A DNA stretch of 64,000 bases from Vicugna vicugna (Eukaryota): contig MU057724.1 in the NCBI GenBank assembly GCA_013265495.1, positions 1,503,102-1,567,101 on the forward strand, given 5' to 3'. The number at the start of each line of letters is the position of its first letter. Within the stretch, counting starts at the first letter, position 1. Position numbers and translations under genes: made by a program. The notes beneath the pieces are model-generated. The model saw only the letters and a list, made by a program, of their open reading frames with translations. It was not told the origin of the DNA and did not search any database. Shown here piece after piece: positions 14,036 through 25,934 of the stretch.

Positions 14036-16327
14036 ATTACTGAGTCAGCTCCCTAAGCAGGAAGAAGCACATTTGAAAAACAAATATAAAACATGCATGG
14101 TATCCACATGCTACGTAATTTTACAGCTACACAACCGCTGAAGACCATTCGGGGGGGTTGTTTTACTGTGACATTTCAGGTCATCTTAAACCTATTTCCC
14201 GTTTTGCTATCACACGATAGAGGGATATGAACTTTAAACTGTATCGTGAAGAAGACGAGCTTTAGTACCTAGCCAGGATCTTGTCCACATCCACGTCAAC
14301 TTTCTCTACATAAAAGAACAGGAAGAATTCACTGCGAGAATAAAAACAGGGGCCAGAAGCTTGGCAATCCTAGAATTTATCAAAACAACACCTACACACA
14401 CATATGTTATAAATACATTCGCTTGCCTTTCCCCACACCTCTCCACTTGGTTTCTGGATTCTAACTTACTGAACGCCGAGTCCCCTTGCTGGCTTCTACT
14501 TTAATGTTGATGACTGACCTCAAGGACAGCCTTGATTTTCTGTTTCAATTTCTGTATGCTGAAGGATGCAAAATCCAATTTCCACTCTGTGTGTCTACTT
14601 CGGAGAGGGGCAGTCCCCAAGCTCCATGACTCACTTGTCATCCTCGACATTCCTGCATTTGTCCTGGCCCTGACACCCGCCAGGTAATCTGGGATTTATC
14701 CCCGCTGTTTCCTGGGGGCCTGGTTTTATGTTAGCAAACCTCAGGACTTGTTCATACAGTCAGTGAGAAACAGGCTTGCTTAAGTCCATAACCCCCATCT
14801 CTGAATAATTCAAACTATGATCCTCAGAAGCTCTGTCGGTCCCCATTCAGTAGAAAACACACTTCTGCTTCTGCAACTGGGATACTTCAGGGTCATACTA
14901 TTTAAATAAGCATGACAAAGACTTTGGTTTTGCCTTGTTTTGTGGTATTACTTTCTTTGCAAATACAGTTTGAAGCTGGTAAAAGTGTTCTGGGTGGCCT
15001 GCTAGAGTGACACTGGGTTTTGAAACTACACCGTTGCTCCTGCCTGTAGGGCATTTAGAGTAACGTCCTACCTGGAGCACGGCCCCGGGCGCCGCGTCAG
15101 CCGACTGCTTACCTACGGGTCAGCGCGGGATCTTGAAGCCCTGCCACCCCATCCCCACCTGCCAGGGGCCGTCCCCAAGCCAGCCTGGCATGTGAGCACC
15201 TGTCATTTCCCAGCTGTTCACGTAATGACACAGCTTCAAACTGCGCTTCAGCAAACTGCCTCTCCTTACGATCCTTCGGCCTTCCCGGATCTCACAGTGC
15301 ACATTCATTTCAGCCGTAAAGCACAGAAACATATCCTTACTGCCAAGCTAATTGTGGATAGAATCACTCCCCCATCGGGATCCAAAAAGACACTCACTCA
15401 TATTTCGTGGTAATTTCATCCTTCCTGCTCTCGCACGGGATCTCTGGCAGTGGCCAGAGGCACACAGACCCCTTCATCTATTACCAAGAAAGCCAATGTT
15501 AAGTGCTTTCAAGAGACACAGGTTTTACGTGTCTGAATAATGAATTTTACATCTGTTGAGTCCAACAAACTCATTGTTTAGAACACCAAGATGCTGTATC
15601 GGAGCCTTTACCTTGAGAACTATGAAGTTATGGTCTATAAAAATTTCTCTTTCAGACCACAGAGAAGGCATTGATGTCACGGGAACTCTTCTCATGAAAA
15701 ACAACTAGTATCTTTTCCAGGGCATATTTTATTGGACATACATTTATCCACAGAAATGATTTTAGTTAACCTATGCAGATGGGAATCGCCTTTGAGAAGA
15801 ATGGGGAAAACAGTGGGAGAGAAAATGTAAAGAACCCATAAAAACCACAACGGACTTGAGCAGGAAGGAACATGGAGGCGATGGACCGCATAAAAAAGAG
15901 AGAAGTGCTTAATGACAGCTGAGAAGCACCGTCCTCGTGACCCCAGCGGCCCTGGCGCCCTTCAGTTCCCCAGAACATCGTCAGCCACAGCCTGTCAACT
16001 AACGAACCTGCCACGAAGAACTTGTTTTCTTACTGACCCGGCTTTCCCGTGACAATGACCCCAGCCCTGAGAACCATCAGAGGATGTGGGAATGTGCACA
16101 GCAACTAGCAGACAAGGTTGTTCTTCACAAAATCAGCGACAAAACAATACACGCTGGGGACCCAGATGTCTGGGTTTTCTGATCCGGATTATTTTAACTG
16201 AGTGATGAAAAGCACTGCCATCGTTTGCTTTAGGAGGGGAGTGGAGAGTAATCGTAGCCAAAACTTGTCCAGGGTTTGCCTGTAAACTTCTGTTTGTACC
16301 CTTAAAGCATTAAGAACATTGTAGCTT

Positions 16328-16410
16328 GGGACGGGGAGGGCTTCCCTTGAGTGGTAGAGTGAGTGCATCCTAGGTTCAATCCCCAGGGCCTCCATCTAAC
16401 ATAAAAAAAG
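16328..16410 (+). mobile_element. Internally deleted tRNA-derived SINE (Vic-1-like)
   Basis: ggggagggc...agtggtagagtg..gcatcctaggttcaatccccag..cctccat plus A-tail. Lacks part of the segment between the A and B boxes present in the 4415 copy. Confidence 0.7.
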
Positions 16411-17197
16411 AGTGTTCACTGAGTGCCTACCATGTGCGAAACTGTATTATTATCTCATTTTTAAAAAGGCAACATTCAAAGATTACCCTCCTGCTGTTAA
16501 ATTCCGGTGAAACTGCTTTTTAAATTTTTCATAATACATAATCTGATGGGCTGACCATCTCCATACAGTGAGAGACCCACAAGGCGAGTCAGCGCTTCTG
16601 CAGAGCTCCCGCCAGCCCCTCACTCCTGCATCTCCGCAGCATGACGAGCACAGCTGGGCGCGCTGGCCTACAGAAACGTCGCCTCCCCAACCCCCCGACG
16701 GGCTGGGGTGCGATGCGCATGGGCTAGGGGGCAAGATGCAGAGAGCCAGCTAAATCAACACTGCGCACTTCTCTATCGGTGGTGACCGGGGTGACACCGT
16801 CTAGGTCCGCACAGAACTGTGTCGTTTACCAGTGGCCCTCAGGCATCATCTGCAGTGAGCCTGCCTCAACAATCGGGGGGTGAGTTCCAGCCCCAGGTCT
16901 GTCTCAGTTTACAGGTGTCACCTTGAGCTATGTTCCAGAAGCTCCCTGAGCCCCGGGTCTGCCATTTGTTGGTGACCTTGTGAAAAGCTAGGTGGCATCT
17001 GGCAAGTGCCGGTGAGACAGCAGCCATGTTTATACTGATAATCAGAAACTTCAGTCTCTCATGTCAGTATCTTGACTTTACAAATATGCCTAGAATCTAC
17101 TCACCAAAAGGAATATTTATTTCTCTTTTTGAGTTTTTCTCAACTGGCGCTGAGGCTAAGTCCGAGAGCACAGTGGCCTGCGAGGCCGCAGGCGCTG

Positions 17198-17563
17198 TGT
17201 CACGGGCGGAAGTGCATCCTCCAGACTCACGTGTGGAGGCCCTAACCCCCAGCACCTCCGATGGGGCTGGTCCTCAGAAGGGTGATTAACTAAAACGAGG
17301 TCATACACATGGTGCCTAGCCCAGGAGAACTGGTGGCCCTCTAGGAAGCGGAGATGAGGACACAGACACCCACAGTGGGAAGGCCATGCGGAGATGCGGA
17401 GACAAGACGGCCATCTACATGCCGAGGACACGCCTCAGAAAAACATCAACCCCTCAACACCTCAATCTTGGACTTCCAGCAGCCAGAACTGCGAGAAAAT
17501 AAACGTCTGCGGTTTGAGCCGCCCAGGCTGCGCAGGGCTATGGCCGTGCTGGGAAGCCAGTGC
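17198..17563 (+). mobile_element. MaLR solo LTR (MLT1A-C-like)
   Basis: ggccctaacccccagcacctc, ttggacttccagcagccagaactgcgagaaaataaa and gtttgagcc are characteristic MLT1 motifs. Confidence 0.8.
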
Positions 17564-17824
17564 CCGCGTCGCCGGGGCTCCAGCCCGTACTCTCAAATGG
17601 CCTTCCCAGCAAGTCACGCGGTACCCAGGAATCACTGTGTCCCAATCCTCTGATGATGGTCCCTTCAGATTCTTCTGAACTCTGCTATCTGGTTGGAAAT
17701 GACAGAATAATTTCAAATACTTGATCAAGGGTGTTTATATGTGATGGAAATGACTGTGCCCAAGAGAAGTTTTGAGACAACTGACCAGACTGGATCTCGA
17801 GGAGCATAAAAGCGATGATTTATT

Positions 17825-18000
17825 TTTAAATCCTTGTTGAGCACCTGCTCTTTGCCAGTTAGGTCTAGAGGACACTATCGTGATAAACAAGCCTGGGTTT
17901 CTATTATGAAGGCATCTGCAATCTGGTGTGGGGAGAGAGAATTTATACAAAAATAAAGATGACGGAAGCCCAGATGTTGTGTGCTGTGAGAGGACACACA
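17825..18000 (-). mobile_element. L2-like relic
   Basis: ttgagcacctgctctttgccag...ctagaggacac...aaacaag resembles the antisense L2 3' end; highly degraded. Confidence 0.4.
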
Positions 18001-19169
18001 ATGACACAGGAACTCAAGGGAAAACAATAATTTTTAGAAAAAAGGACTGGCGAAGGGAGTAATCAGGCGCGAATGTATGATTTAATTGGAACTTGGCTGG
18101 GTCTTGAATAAAGGTGGCATTTGGCACTGGGAGGATTTATGCCTGTGGGCATGTGGGTGGAGGGAACGGTACATTTCAGTGAGAGGGGAAATGTGTGAAT
18201 GAAGTTAAAAGGAAGGGAGGGGAAACGGAGAGCATTTCCATTTGAATAGAACATAAAATGTGTGAAATGGTTATAAAAAATGGGTTAGCCATGAATATCC
18301 ATGAAATTGGACTTCACGGAGGAAGCAAAAAGTCTTGATGTGAAAAGAAAAAATGATTCAGTAAAATATTTCACCACCTGTGGCTGAAGTAAGGCAGCGT
18401 TACAAAGTTACCTCTGAGGTGCATTCGTATCCCAGTGCCTACACCTGGGAAGCGGCAGGCACTTTTCACTAACTGTTACGCAATAGGAATATTAAGTACC
18501 CAGTATGTGCCAGCCAAACACTAATGCACTTAGAACACCCAATTATGTGAGCAGGGAGAGTGGAGAGAGTTAAGGGGGAAATGAAAAATTATGGTGGAGG
18601 CAGGCAGGACAGAGTTTTCCAATGAGTGGATGTAGATGAATTATCCGCTGCCGGAGTGGATCACTGGTGTAGAGAATGAAAATCTCAAAAGTCTCCAGAA
18701 ATATCTGTGATTATACACCAGAAGATTAAGAAAAAAAAAAAAAAAAAGAAACACTTTCATTTCTAAAAATACCGGGGGAACAAAAATTATTATTAAAGTT
18801 GAACAAATTCCAAAACAATAAAAAAAGAATAGAGGTAGTTCTAAAATATGGAAAAGAAATTAGGGTGGTAACTTCCATCTTCAAGAAGAAAAGTATGGAA
18901 AAATAAAAATAAACAAATGACAGTAGCATATCTATTGTAAACTTCAGGCACTTCAAGGGACAAAATATTTTCAAATTTTGATGCAGGGACAAAGAAACTC
19001 CTTAAGAAGGGAGACGGTCTGAGAATCTTTTGTGTGCCATAAATACGAGACATAGTACATGAGGAAGTTTTGCCCTGGACGAAATTACAAGGTCTTGAGA
19101 GTAAAAAGCTGTCTGGTGGGGGAGTCACAGAATATTCTCGACCACGGCTTCCCTCCCCCACCCTCCCGC

Positions 19170-19596
19170 ATGCTCACTGCTAGGGTGCAGAGACACAGCT
19201 CACGTCCACACATCTATCTCGTGTGTCTTCTTTCCTGAGACCCTGATGGACTTGCTAGGAGTTGTCTGGTAGGTTCCTTGTGATTTTCTACAGATGTCAC
19301 TATGTCATCTCAAAAAGGTTTTCTTTCTTCCTTTCCTTTTCTTGCCTTATTGCACTGGCGAGAACTTTCAGCACTTTGTTAATAAGAGTGGTGAGGATGG
19401 GCATCCTTACTTTGTTTGCGATATCTGGGGGAAAGCATGTGACCATTCACCACTTAGCCTGTTAACACAGTGGATCACACTGACTGATTTTTTAATATTA
19501 AATATGCCTTAAATTCCTATAATGAGCTCTACTTACTATCTTGTATGATTCTTTAAATATATTGCTATACTCTATTTGTTAGTATTTTGTTAAGGG
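19170..19596 (-). mobile_element. Degraded LINE-1 fragment
   Basis: ttcttgccttattgcactggcgagaactttcagcactttgttaataagagtggtgaggatgggcatcctt is antisense L1 ORF2 RT-region sequence. Confidence 0.75.
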
Positions 19597-20659
19597 TTAG
19601 GGTTAGGGTTCTTGTTTTTAATTGAAGTGAACCCCATGGATCCGAGACACTGGCCCCAGGCAGGGAGGATGTGGTTCCTGCATCCCTGTGATGTGAGCTG
19701 CACCCAAGCCTGCCTTCCCTTAACTCACTCCTCGTCACGAGGAACCTCCCCGTGTGTGGTTACTATCCTGGTCTAATGCTCTATCTTTGGAGAGTTACTG
19801 GACAGGATTTTCTAAAATTTAGTTACTCCAGTCTATGCAATGAGGGCAAGTTACCTGCGGGGGAGAAAACAAACCTGCTCTTTGAGAGCTTTGACTTGTT
19901 TTTGTTTTTGTTTTTTTAATTTCTGCTGCAAAACTGCCAAAATCCTGGGTGTAACGTTCCTACCATCCTTAACCCTTGTACAAGTTGTCTTGCTGTCTGT
20001 TCATACAGGAAGCAAATCAAATGCTGAAAAACGGAAGCTGTGCGAGGATAAAAAGATCAACAAATGCTCCTTACGCATCTGGAACGCACGGGGCATTATG
20101 ACTGCTGCTCTGCGTGGTCGTGTAAAGAAAGAGATGCAACTGGAGTTAGAAATCAAAACTAAATGGCACGTAAGAAGATAACTCAGCATCCCATCTGCTT
20201 CACATGGTTTATTTAAAATGATAAGGAGGTACTTCCTATGGGGTAAGTGGAATGCTGTAGTATTACATACATATTTGACATATTATTTAGATCTCAAAGT
20301 ATGCGTTTTGCCAATGAATTATTCATTTCACCTCACACAGTGACAGAGCAGTGACAAATTAAATATTACATCACATGCCACACCCAGGGGTGAAAGTCAC
20401 TTGCTCTATTAATTTTTAAATTCATGGCAAGAACTAAATTAAGATAAGGACACTCTGACAAAAACCTTGTCCTGAGCCAGATGCAAAAATCACTCAGCAC
20501 TGTCGAAAATAAAAAGAAAGAAATGTCTTGGGTGGAGCCTAAGATATATTTCTTAGCGCTTTACTGATAGTGCGTATGTGTGGACGTGACTGGAAGCCCA
20601 GGTCCCCATTATCCACTTGTAACCAGACAACTGTTTTTAAAAATGACTTCAGCTGCACC

Positions 20660-20750
20660 ATGCGTGTGTAGTTGCACTACTGAACTGCACACTGGAAAAT
20701 GGCTGAGGTGGTGAATTTTGTGTTGTGTGTTTTTCACCACAATAAAAATA
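20660..20750 (+). mobile_element. L1MB-like 3' terminus
   Basis: actgaactgcacac...aaaatgg...ggtgaattttgtgttgtgtg...tcaccacaataaaaa. Confidence 0.6.
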
Positions 20751-20784
20751 TAAGACTAATAGAACAAACTTTTTTCAAATTAAC

Positions 20785-21335
20785 ATGGTACTTTGTAAAA
20801 ATGCCCTGTGGAAAACTGAACAGTCACATGCAAAAGAATGAAACTGGACCACTTTCTCACCATACACAAAACTTAACTCAAAATGGACCAGAGAGTTGAA
20901 GGTAAGACCTAAAGCCATAAAACTACTAGAAAACTGCAGGCAGTTTGCTCTTGGCATCAGTCTAAGCAAAGCCTTTCAGGATGTGTCTCCTCCGGCCAGG
21001 GAAACAAGGGTAAAAACAAACAAACAAATGCACAAAGTATGTAAACAACTCGTACAACCCAGCATCACAAAAACTAAATAACCCAGTTTAAAAAATGGGC
21101 AGAGGATCAGAAGAGACACTGTTCCAACGAAGATACGTGCAGATAGCCAACAGACATGAAAAGGTGCTCAACATCACTAACCATCAGGGAAATGCAAATC
21201 AAAACTACAGTGAGACACCCCCTCACACCCGTCAGAACAGCCGTCGCCAAAAAGACGAGCGATAACAAGTGCTGGCGAAAATGTGGGGAGAAGGGATCCC
21301 TCGTGCACTGTTGGCAGGAATGTAAATTGGGGCAG
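20785..21335 (+). mobile_element. LINE-1 ORF2 3' fragment with internal deletions
   Basis: ORF 21156-21338 [27 protein letters not shown]...[20 protein letters not shown] is the L1 ORF2 C-terminal Cys-rich region. Confidence 0.9.
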
Positions 21336-21941
21336 TAATGTAAATGTCAATTTGTTCACTAAATGGATGGATGGATGGATGGGTCTGGAGTGGGTGATGA
21401 ATTCAGACTGGCTCAGAAGTGCTGTCAAGTCCGGGTCTCCTTATGACTTGGGAGCGTGAAATTCGGCAGACAGTGTGTCCGGACCCCAGCAGGAGCACGG
21501 ATGGAGACAGGCAGCAGAGCGCACCCCCCGGGAGCGGATGCCACGTACACAGGTGAGCCTGGTACCTTCCCTCACGCCACAGCCCAGCTGAGCCCCGGCC
21601 CCTGCTCCGGGAAGGGAGTCCTAGATCTCCACCGGCTCAGAGTCCTCCCTGCACAGGTGCCACCCTCTCCAGCCTCATGGCTCTCGAGGGCACCGTCCAC
21701 GGCTATGATGCAGCTCCAGGCGTATTTGATCTCACCCAAGTAACAGACACCGAGTGTGTCAGGTCACCTTCCTGAACTGCCAAGGCCCGGCCAGGTGGAA
21801 GCTCATCACACTTTCTCAGCACCACCTGCACGCACCTGTCCCACGACACTCCACTGGCTGCGAAGATACAGAAGAGGAGGGCTGTGTCCTACCTACCAGC
21901 TTATCCTCACGACACAGCACTGTGTCTGCACAGTACACCCT

Positions 21942-22414
21942 TGACAGGGTTCAGAGCAGGCCTCCCCTAAATACACCCTTTGGCATATTGATTATTTTGA
22001 ATTAAAGTTACTTGAGAAACAGCAGGTGTGAGAGGGACGCTCTGACCTCCCTCTGTCCCCCAGAAAGCAGGGGATAAATCTCCCAGGGACAATACCCTCC
22101 CTGTTCCAGGAGAGTAGAAGGCATTCTAATCTCCCGAGACCGGGAACTCAGGGTGAGAAGACTGTACAAACAAATCTTGTTCTTTATTAATTTGCTACCC
22201 AAACCCAAACTCCTGGGTTTTGTCAGCTCTTCGCACATTTATTGTTCCTCTGTCTAAGTATGAAAGTTGCCCTTTTGGTCACTTTTTTGAGCCCTGTGTC
22301 TTTGCGGCTTCCACACATGCAAAATTAAATTTTTTCCTGTTATTATCTGTCTTGTGTTAATCTAAGTATTAGGCCAAAGAACCTAGAAGGAAAGAAAAGG
22401 ACTCTTCCCTTACA
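21942..22414 (+). mobile_element. MER34-like ERV1 solo LTR
   Basis: TG...CA ends; ctttggcatattgattattttg...ttgagaaacagcag...ctctgacc...aagcaggggataaat matches the remembered MER34 family; similar to 31828-32262. Confidence 0.75.
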
Positions 22415-22499
22415 TGTTCAACAGATATTTACCTGAATGAACGACATCAAAAAGGCCAAATCCTTGTTTTTAAATATCCAGTTCTTTTGCCATTTTCTG

Positions 22500-22735
22500 A
22501 GTTTAAGCGTATGAGTTCAGGAATCAGACTGTCTGGGTTTGTGCCCTGTGTTCCACGTTTAAAATATATTACATTGGAGAAGCTGGTTCAACTCGTTTGA
22601 CTCTGTTCTCTCCTCTGTAAACGCGGAGGAGAATGTGATCCATTTCATGGCGCTGTTGAGAGCTTTGAGCGAATGCAGGGGCAAAGCCCTTTGCAAGAGC
22701 ACCCTGCGGAGTGGGCGCAAACGCGGCTCTTATTT
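22500..22735 (+). mobile_element. MIR SINE relic
   Basis: ggaatcagactgtctgggttt...ctctcctctgtaaa...tcatggcgctgttgagag follows the MIR core pattern. Confidence 0.6.
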
Positions 22736-23679
22736 TTGGAATAAACTTTAGAGAACAAGGTAGCTGACTTATTTAGTTTCTAAATAACTTCTGCATAATG
22801 CACGGCTATAAATGCGCTCTTGTTCATGAGCACACAACTGCCATTCAAGCAAGGCTGCTGAATGAATCAGAACTTAAGAGAATGTGTTTGCAGACTGGTT
22901 TGCAAGGTAATTCCAAATGAGTTTAATAAACATTTTCCCCCAAACAACTGGGTGTATGCATTTTAGGATTTTTTAAAATTCACATTTCTTTATAGAGAAA
23001 AATAGCACAGAAAATTCTGCAGAGCTTTTGAAAGTGCGGCATTTTGCTGTTTAAAATTAAAGCAGTAGAAACCAAATGAAGTCAGCAGAAAGGAGCCCGT
23101 CGGGCTTGGCAGTGAGCGTGGAAAAAGGAGAGCTTCGCTCAGTAGGTATGTAGGTTTCAACCACGACCCTAAGAGTCACACTGAAACTCAGACCACATCT
23201 GATCTGGGCCAGAGGTGAACATGTGTAAGTAGATACTTCAGGACAAGAGTTATGGACACTGATGATTAATTTAACCAAGTCAGGAGATTCTGAAGCCAGC
23301 AGGAATATGCGTGATATGCCAGCTGCTGGAATGCACGGCCTCGCCTTGATGGGGAACAAGTCCACGCGGGGGAGGCGGGACCACAGCAGCTCGGGCACGC
23401 CTGCATGTCCCCCGTGAACTCACCAAAACCCTACGACTGCGGACGCTGGTTCCCAGCAACGGCGGGCTTCAAAACCGGGCAAAAGTACACACTTGTGAGT
23501 TTATCTTCAGCACTTGTTTCTTACATTTTCACACTTCTCATCTGCCTGTAAGACGACGAAAGGGGAAAAAGTACAAACCACGATGTGAAGAAAAAATAAA
23601 AAGGACAGTCAGTTTCGGGGGGAGTTAGAGCAAGTCTGTCTGAGGCCCCTGTTTTGTACTTTCTGTGTGTGATGTAACA

Positions 23680-23978
23680 GCAAAAAGTACCTGTGTGCTT
23701 ATGAAAAGGAGGACCTTGGACAGAGGCTCACAGGTAGAACCCCACGTGAAGACGAGGCAGAGACTGGGGTACACAAGAGAGACCAGAACATTAACTGTGC
23801 CACCTTCACCAGGAGCGGGGGCAGGCATGGAGCGGATCCTCCCCCAGCCCTCAGTCGGAACCAACCTCCAACACCTGCACCTCAGACCTCCGGCCTCCAG
23901 AACAGTGAGACAGTGCATGTGTACTGTCTCAGCCAGCCAGCCCGGACGACGGGGCTACGGCCCAAGGAAGCTACTGCA
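23680..23978 (+). mobile_element. MaLR LTR (MLT1C/D-like), partial
   Basis: cacgtgaagacgaggcagagactgggg...ggcatggagcggatcctccc...acctccggcctccagaacagtgaga...ggaagctactgca. Confidence 0.7.
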
Positions 23979-23982
23979 GGGG

Positions 23983-24440
23983 TCATGTCACAGGTGAGCT
24001 GGGGCCCCGCCCGGGGTCTCATGTCACAGGCGAGCTGGGGCCCCGCTCGGGGTCCCATCAGGCTGCAACCAAGATGTCAGCTGGGTGGCATTCTCGTCTG
24101 GACATGTACTAGGAAAGAATCCCTTCCGAGCTCATTCAGGTTGTTGGCAGAACTCACTTCTCCCCAACTACATATACGACTGAGGGCTACCTCCAGGCCC
24201 TAGTGGTGCCCACAGTTCCCCACCACGCGGCCCCTCCAAGGACATGCACAACACGGCCCTTTCCTTCCTCCAGACCAAGCGGGAGCAGGCCTCTCACTCT
24301 GCCTGGTAAGACGGAGCCTTAAATAATGTAATGGAATCACTGGGTGTCATGCCGTCCCCACTGGCTGGAAGCAGGTCTGTCCCCACTGATGGACGGGAAG
24401 GGATACAGAGGGTGTGACGCACTGGGGTGACCCGAGGCTC
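23983..24440 (-). mobile_element. MaLR LTR (MLT1E/F-like), partial, starting with a 36-bp tandem duplication
   Basis: ggctgcaaccaagatgtcagc...gcattctc...cttccgagctcattcaggttgttggcagaa is antisense MLT1E/F-type sequence. Confidence 0.65.
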
Positions 24441-25228
24441 TGTCTCCCTGAACCACCATCCATCCTGTGCTTTGTACTTGACATCCTTTCATGAATCAAA
24501 AGGACTTTTCTTCCAATTAAAAAAAATACCATACTGTCAGAGTATAACACACTCCAAATTTTATCCTTTTCTGTAATTACAGTTCTGTAAAAATTAGAAG
24601 GTAAAATTATTACTACTAATTTTGGAAGGAGTATTAAAAAAAAACTAATAAAACCTCTTTGCTTAAACTTAGGTACAAAGAAGAGAACACCCAGAAAGCA
24701 CGCATAACCCTTAAGCCCCAGGGAGGGCCGCTGCGGTGAGCGCCTGCAGTCCGCAAACTTTCAATCTCACTGTGTACCTTGTGATACAGAATGTTGATCG
24801 TTACTGTTTTTTAAACATGCCACTTAACTTTTGTTACCTTCTTGACAAAATATTTATCTGCTCAAATGGTTTAAACATTTCTAAATAACAATTTTATTTT
24901 GAATTCAATCGTATGATTTTAGATTAGTGGAACTGAAGAGTATTGCCCAGGTGAAGTTTGCTCTTGAGAATTTTCATTTTTCTTGTGATACAGAGCATAC
25001 AATCAACTTTTGAAAATTATCCACGACTACTTGAGCATAAAGTTAATTTCAGTTTACAGGGTACAAAGCTGGATACATCTCTCACGAACTGATCTCAATA
25101 AGAAGGCTCGAAGGCACTTCCATTGAAGTGCACTGAACGGAGGCAAAGCTATTTCAAAGGTGGGAGTTCTAACCGTCTCACGTACAGATTGTTAAATGGA
25201 AGCGCACCTTCTTGTCTCAGTTAATGCT

Positions 25229-25351
25229 TGTTTACTGAAGTAGAGTTGATTTACAATGCTGTGCTGGTTTCTGGTGCACAGCAAAGTGATTCAGTCACAC
25301 TATGTAAATGCTTTTTCATTACAGTTTATTACAAGGTATTGAGTAGAGTCC
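25229..25351 (-). mobile_element. Very short 5'-truncated L1 3' end with 13-bp TSD
   Basis: actgaagtagagttgatttacaatg..gtg..gtttctggtg.acagc.aagtgattcag is antisense L1 3' UTR. Flanked by ctcagttaatgct (25216-25228) and ctcagttcatgct (25352-25364). Confidence 0.8.
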
Positions 25352-25848
25352 CTCAGTTCATGCTGTTCTTCTTTAAAAAGGTGTTGCTGCCACTCGTGTC
25401 AGTGTCTATTCAGGACCTGACTTACTTTCACGTACACTTTTCCATTTGTGCATTCTCAGTGTTTTGCTTACGTGCGTCCCCCGCAGGGTGCGGAGCTGAA
25501 GTTTGCCTTTGGAGACACCTGAGAGTGCTCTGCTGGCAACAGCTCTCTTACTGCATTAACGCTTGGGCTCTCTCTGGGCCTCATCAGCTTCCTTTCATTT
25601 TGATTGTGGTCCACGGAAGCTTCCTTCCGTCTCAACCTCGTTCCTGTCACTCTCCCAGGGACCTGCAGGTCACACGCCCTGGTCTTACAGGTGAGGACCT
25701 TCACAGTTCACGGGAGCACATCTGAAGTGAAATTCCACTTTTTTTCAACATCCATATTGAAACACTATTAATAATTCTAAATACTAAATAATACAAAAAG
25801 GGACATATCCGATGGGAAAATAAATTTGGGGCATTAAGAGACCATTTC

Positions 25849-25934
25849 CTCCCATCCAAGTACTAACCAGGCCTGAACCTGCTTAGCTTCCGAGATCAGA
25901 CGAGATCGGGCGCGTTCAGGGTGGTGGGGCCGAC
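25849..25934 (-). pseudogene. 5S rRNA retropseudogene, 3'-truncated and tailless
   Basis: Reverse complement gtcggccccaccaccctgaacgcgcccgatctcgtctgatctcggaagctaagcaggttcaggcctggttagtacttggatgggag matches roughly the first 89 nt of vertebrate 5S. The last ~30 nt are missing. 15-bp TSDs present. Confidence 0.95.

Noticed and set aside
20009..20169. Plus-strand coding exon candidate (GSKSNAEKRK...KTKWH) with plausible AG/GT, and another at ~7995-8053
   Set aside because: Peptides are not recognisable and I could not build a consistent exon chain; cannot be distinguished from chance splice motifs
25849..25934. Functional 5S rRNA gene
   Set aside because: 3' ~30 nt and the T-run terminator are missing, substitutions are present, TSDs flank it, and it is not in a tandem array
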